From: an uncultured delta proteobacterium
GTDB lineage: Bacteria; Myxococcota_A; Polyangia; Polyangiales; Polyangiaceae
Length of the DNA: 64,000 bases
Reading direction: 5' to 3'
Assembly: GCA_963841435.1 (NCBI GenBank)
Contig: CAWJCS010000005.1
Span: 1,344,001-1,408,000, forward strand
The notes under the pieces are model-generated. The model saw nothing but the letters and a program-made list of their open reading frames with translations. It did not search any database and had not been told where the DNA came from. Below, in pieces: positions 60,346-64,000 of the stretch; position 1 is the stretch's first letter, and every line of letters starts with the position of its first letter. The translations under genes and the position numbers were made by a program.

Positions 60346-60788
60346 GCGCCTTGAAGATCACCCGCCGCAAGCTGTTGGCCCTGGGCGCCACGTCGGGCCT
60401 CGCCGGCATCTATGGTCTGTACAAGTGGCACTTCGGCGACGCGACGGAGGTGATCGTCACGATCCTACACCGTCGCGTCGGGTACCTCCGCGTGGACACG
60501 AGCACCTTCCACACTTTCGCCAAGGACTACGTCGTGTTTCGCAAGCAATACGAGAGAGAGCTCGCGAAACTGTCGGCGCTGGCGTTGCCGCTGCGCTTCA
60601 TGAGCCCCTACGCGTGGCTGGAACGCGGCCACCCCTACCGTCGCCTCGAAGACAACGTCGTCTCCCGCTACCTCTTGTCAACGGATTTTTTCCAGAATGG
60701 CGCCAACGAGCGGACGCTCGTCAAGTACCTCTCGTTCTACGACCCGTTGCTCACCATCTGCCGCAACCCGCTCGCCCGGCGCAGCTGA
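60342..60788 (+). CDS. Tat-signal small partner subunit of the GMC oxidoreductase
   Basis: ITRRKLL twin-arginine motif, YLLSTDFF, and GTGA overlap with the GMC gene. Confidence 0.75.
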   Translation: MSALKITRRKLLALGATSGLAGIYGLYKWHFGDATEVIVTILHRRVGYLRVDTSTFHTFAKDYVVFRKQYERELAKLSALALPLRFMSPYAWLERGHPYRRLEDNVVSRYLLSTDFFQNGANERTLVKYLSFYDPLLTICRNPLARRS

Positions 60789-62462
60789 CTAGCGCGAGAG
60801 CCGCAGGACCTGGTAGGGAGCGCTGTCCGGCAGCGGGAGCGGCCTGTAGTCGACGCCGAGATGGTCGAGCTCGCTTTCGAGCGGCATGGGCTTTACGAGG
60901 AACACCGGACGCCGCCAGTCTAGCTGGGCCGTGACGTCCGGCACGGGAGCGAGCGGCTCGGCGCAGGTCCCACAGCGGAATCGTCCGTGCACCTCGATGG
61001 CGGGATCGAGCAGGTGCCCGATGACGAAGAAGTCGAACGTCGTGTCGTCGAAAACGATTTGCGCGGCGTGCGCTCGGGGGATCGCCTTCGTGCTGGCGAG
61101 GATCGCCTCCCCACCCGAGCGGTGCCACCAAGTACGCGCGTTCAGCAGCGCGGCGTCGCTCAGCAGCGTCAGGGCGCAGAGCAAGCCGAATGCCACCCGC
61201 AGCCCCCGCGTGCCGCTCGCAGCGACCGACCCACGACCATCGCCGAAGACGGCACCCGCCACGACGAGCGTCACGACGACGCACGACGGCAGGAGGTAGC
61301 GCGCGTACGAAGTGCGCGCGGCCGCAAGGTCGCCCACCAAAACCAAGAGCCAGGGCACGGCCACCAACGTGGCGAGAAAGCTGACCGCGGCGCTGCGCGC
61401 ATGGCGGACGACCCGATACGCCGACAGCAGCACCACGGCCAACACGAACACGACGATCGAGTAGAGGCCGATGCGCTCCGAGAGCCGCGGGTGCGTGTCG
61501 ATCAGCGGGAGATCGAAGAACACCCGCACGAGCGTCATGGTCCAGTATCGGATCGTGTCCGCGGCGCCGTGTTGGACGACCTGACCCGCATTCGTCTGCA
61601 CCGACCCACGGTTCTCGACGACGACCCAGAGCCAGGGGCTGAACAGAGCGAGCGCACCCGCCACGGTCGCCGCGTAGGCCGCCAGCACTCTTGGCCGGCG
61701 AAAGCTCGTGATGGCCACGTGCGCCGCGTGCGCCAACAGCACGGGAACCGTGAGCAGCGAGCTGTAGAACGACAAGGCGAGCAACGTGGCGTAGAGAAGC
61801 CACGAGCCGCGCGTCAACCGCCGCATGGCTCGAAGCAACGCCACGCCCGCAAAGAGCGCCGCTGCGAGCCACATGGAGTATTCCCGCGCCTCCTTTGCGT
61901 AGAGCAATTGCAGCGGCGAGATGGCGCTGAGCGCGACGGCAGCGATGGCGGCGGCGCGGCCCTCGAAGAGCTCTCGCGCGAGCAGGTAGACCGCGACGAG
62001 CGCGAGGACGCCGAACACCGCGGACAGGCTGCGAACGTCCATCAAGCCTCCCCCGAAAAGCGGTGCCCACAGGCGCGCGCACGCGTAAAAGAGCGGGGCG
62101 TGCTCCCCCTCCTCGATCGCAAGGCTACGCAGCGTGTCGCCGACGGAATGGCCTTCGACCACCGCCTGATAGCGCATCAGGCGCTCGACCGAGAGCGGCT
62201 GATGCGCGAGAAACTCGCGGACAACGTCCGATTCGAGGTACCCCGAGAGCCGCAATCCCGTGAAGGTTTCGTCCAGCCAGAGCGGCTGGTGATCGAGCCG
62301 CCAGAAGCGCGGCAGGGCGCCGAGGCCCAACACGAGGAGCAGCCCATGGCGACGGAAGAGCGATCGGATGCGAGCAGCGGGCCCTTCTGGCGGCGACGGC
62401 TCGTCGCCGTGGAACCGAGCGGTTCCGCTGGACTGGCCTTTCGACACCGTGGAGCGCGTCAT
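60789..62462 (-). CDS. GT-C (ArnT/PMT-like, GT39/GT83) membrane glycosyltransferase
   Basis: LWLDE, HAPLFY, RSLS, SP..L.YAKEAREY and RYLLP; many TM segments. Confidence 0.9.
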   Translation of the reverse strand: MTRSTVSKGQSSGTARFHGDEPSPPEGPAARIRSLFRRHGLLLVLGLGALPRFWRLDHQPLWLDETFTGLRLSGYLESDVVREFLAHQPLSVERLMRYQAVVEGHSVGDTLRSLAIEEGEHAPLFYACARLWAPLFGGGLMDVRSLSAVFGVLALVAVYLLARELFEGRAAAIAAVALSAISPLQLLYAKEAREYSMWLAAALFAGVALLRAMRRLTRGSWLLYATLLALSFYSSLLTVPVLLAHAAHVAITSFRRPRVLAAYAATVAGALALFSPWLWVVVENRGSVQTNAGQVVQHGAADTIRYWTMTLVRVFFDLPLIDTHPRLSERIGLYSIVVFVLAVVLLSAYRVVRHARSAAVSFLATLVAVPWLLVLVGDLAAARTSYARYLLPSCVVVTLVVAGAVFGDGRGSVAASGTRGLRVAFGLLCALTLLSDAALLNARTWWHRSGGEAILASTKAIPRAHAAQIVFDDTTFDFFVIGHLLDPAIEVHGRFRCGTCAEPLAPVPDVTAQLDWRRPVFLVKPMPLESELDHLGVDYRPLPLPDSAPYQVLRLSR

Positions 62463-62611
62463 GTCCGAAGATCTCGCGGCGCGAGCGCCGCTCGGGGCCT
62501 CGCGCGAGGCTATCGTCGATCACAGGCTCCGCCAAGCGAGAGCTATGGCGGCTCTCGCCCGAGCTCTTCACCCGATTTCCCCGCTGAGTGGTAGTTTACC
62601 TGAACCGAGGC

Positions 62612-63568
62612 ATGGGTTTCGTCGAATCGAGCCGAGCGTTCTTCCAATCTCGCTGGGGCGCCGCGCTGAAGCTGCTTCTGGGCCTTGGCGTCCTCGTGAT
62701 CGTGGTGCGGTCGGTCGAATGGAGCGTGCTTTCGAGCCTCGCATCCCGCACGAGCCCGATTGGGGTGCTCCTCGTTGCTCTGAGCGCCATCGGCGCCCAC
62801 GTCGTGGGGGCCGCCCGCTTCAAGCTGCTCTGCGATCCCGTGGTCCGGCTCCCCCTTCTCACCCACGCTCGCTTGTACTTCGTCTCGACCTGCTTCGGAC
62901 TCTTCTTGCCGAGCCTCGTGGGGGGTGACAGCGCGCGCGTCGTGATGCTGGTCCAGAGCGGAGCCAAGGCCTCCCAAGCAACGACCCTGGTTCTCTCGGA
63001 ACGCATCATCGGGGTCGCCTCGTTGCTGCTCGTCTCTGCGTCGGCCGCGCTGTTCTCGCCGTTGCCCGCGTGGGCCAAGGGAGGTCTGGGTGCGGCGGCG
63101 CTCCTCGCGCTCTTGGCGCTCGAGATCATGCGCAGGGTAGGCGCGACGCTCAAGCCCGGGCAGGCCTGGGCGCAATCCGCGCTCGACGCGGTCGCCCGCG
63201 CGCTCAGCGTCGAGCGCGTGGGTTCCGTTCTGCTCGTGTCGCTCTTCTATCAGACGGCTGCCGTGGCGACGACGGCGTTCGTCGGGTGGGGCCTGGCGCT
63301 CGACGTACCGAAGATTCTCGTCTTCACGCTCACGCCGCTCGTCTGGTTTGCGACCATGCTGCCCATCTCCGTCGGGGGGCTCGGCGTGCGGGAAGCGGGC
63401 TTCTTGATCGTGTTTTCCTGGGCGGGCGTCGAACGGGAGCCCGCCCTCTTGTTGTCGCTCGGAACCTACGCGGGCGTGGTGATCGTCGGGCTATGCGGAG
63501 CGATCTGGTTTGCTCTGGCTCGCTTCGGTGGGCGGCCCGCGCCGCTTTCGTCATCCCACACACCGTAG
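62612..63568 (+). CDS. lysylphosphatidylglycerol synthase TM / flippase-like protein
   Basis: LPSLVGGD, ER..G and LPISVGGLGVRE. Confidence 0.9.
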   Translation: MGFVESSRAFFQSRWGAALKLLLGLGVLVIVVRSVEWSVLSSLASRTSPIGVLLVALSAIGAHVVGAARFKLLCDPVVRLPLLTHARLYFVSTCFGLFLPSLVGGDSARVVMLVQSGAKASQATTLVLSERIIGVASLLLVSASAALFSPLPAWAKGGLGAAALLALLALEIMRRVGATLKPGQAWAQSALDAVARALSVERVGSVLLVSLFYQTAAVATTAFVGWGLALDVPKILVFTLTPLVWFATMLPISVGGLGVREAGFLIVFSWAGVEREPALLLSLGTYAGVVIVGLCGAIWFALARFGGRPAPLSSSHTP

Positions 63569-63630
63569 TGAACGGCGACGATTGGCACGCGAAAGTGGCT
63601 TTGCGAGCAAAGGCGCTCGGCTGTCCGGCG

Positions 63631-64000
63631 TCAGGCCGCGCGGCGTCGAGCCATCGCGCGCCCGAGCGTGAGCAGCGCGTACGCAAAAAGGGGGGACAGC
63701 GTGGAGATCCCGCGATCGACGGCGACCGCTGCCGTGCCGGTCGCGAGGTTGACACCTGCGAGGCGGTTCAAGAGCGCGATGGCCGCGACGCCCACGACCC
63801 CCTCGGAGAACGGCAGGAGCGACAGGATGCCGGCAATCAGCGAAATCGGGTAGACGAACAACACCGCGAGGAGCTCGACCTGGCTGCCCGCCGCGCGGAG
63901 CAGCACCCAGAGTTTGACGAAATCGGCGAGCCACGCGACGAGCGTAACGAGTAGGTAGCGCGCGAGCACCCGTGGCGAAGCAAAGACCTCGTCCCATACG
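63631..64000 (-). CDS. flippase-like (LPG synthase TM) protein, 3' part; start lies outside the window
   Basis: SLLPFSEGV...DR pattern and hydrophobic helices. Confidence 0.7.
   Translation of the reverse strand, partial: VWDEVFASPRVLARYLLVTLVAWLADFVKLWVLLRAAGSQVELLAVLFVYPISLIAGILSLLPFSEGVVGVAAIALLNRLAGVNLATGTAAVAVDRGISTLSPLFAYALLTLGRAMARRRAA

Overview
High-GC window with no rRNA, tRNA, CRISPR array or recognisable mobile element. Gene content points to Myxococcota (Polyangiales-like; inference): Gly-rich lipoproteins, Hanks-type kinases, FHA and DUF4388-like domains. From left to right: (1) a divergent BNR-repeat/GH88 pair; (2) a REC-PAS-GAF-GGDEF-EAL gene, then a tightly coupled operon of a tandem-PilZ/GNAT-like protein, a ThiF-nitroreductase (OxzB/Rv1355c-like) and a membrane hybrid histidine kinase, the best candidate for an undescribed c-di-GMP-gated signal synthesis and sensing circuit; (3) C-type lectin, GH6, ppa, a PPOX-GAF regulator/O-methyltransferase module, GH3, a kinase, pgl, an ABC-2 exporter with a candidate attenuator, a YeeE/YedE pair, ArsA-like ATPase, nusB, two aldo-keto reductases, rmlD, a PPTase and GH73; (4) a ~21 kb envelope/exopolysaccharide locus headed by a tiny VPE-CTERM protein and an exosortase-CAAX fusion (XrtE-like), with NadE-like, AsnB-like, acyl-AMP ligase, NPPY methyltransferase and ACP genes, glycosyltransferases and an FHA-fused polysaccharide co-polymerase. 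Many conserved Asp codons read as Asn and six genes carry single-base frameshifts, mostly in or next to CGWCG. These are probably methylation-linked long-read errors, so the apparent pseudogenes and dead catalytic sites should not be trusted. All family calls are by motif recognition, not database search.
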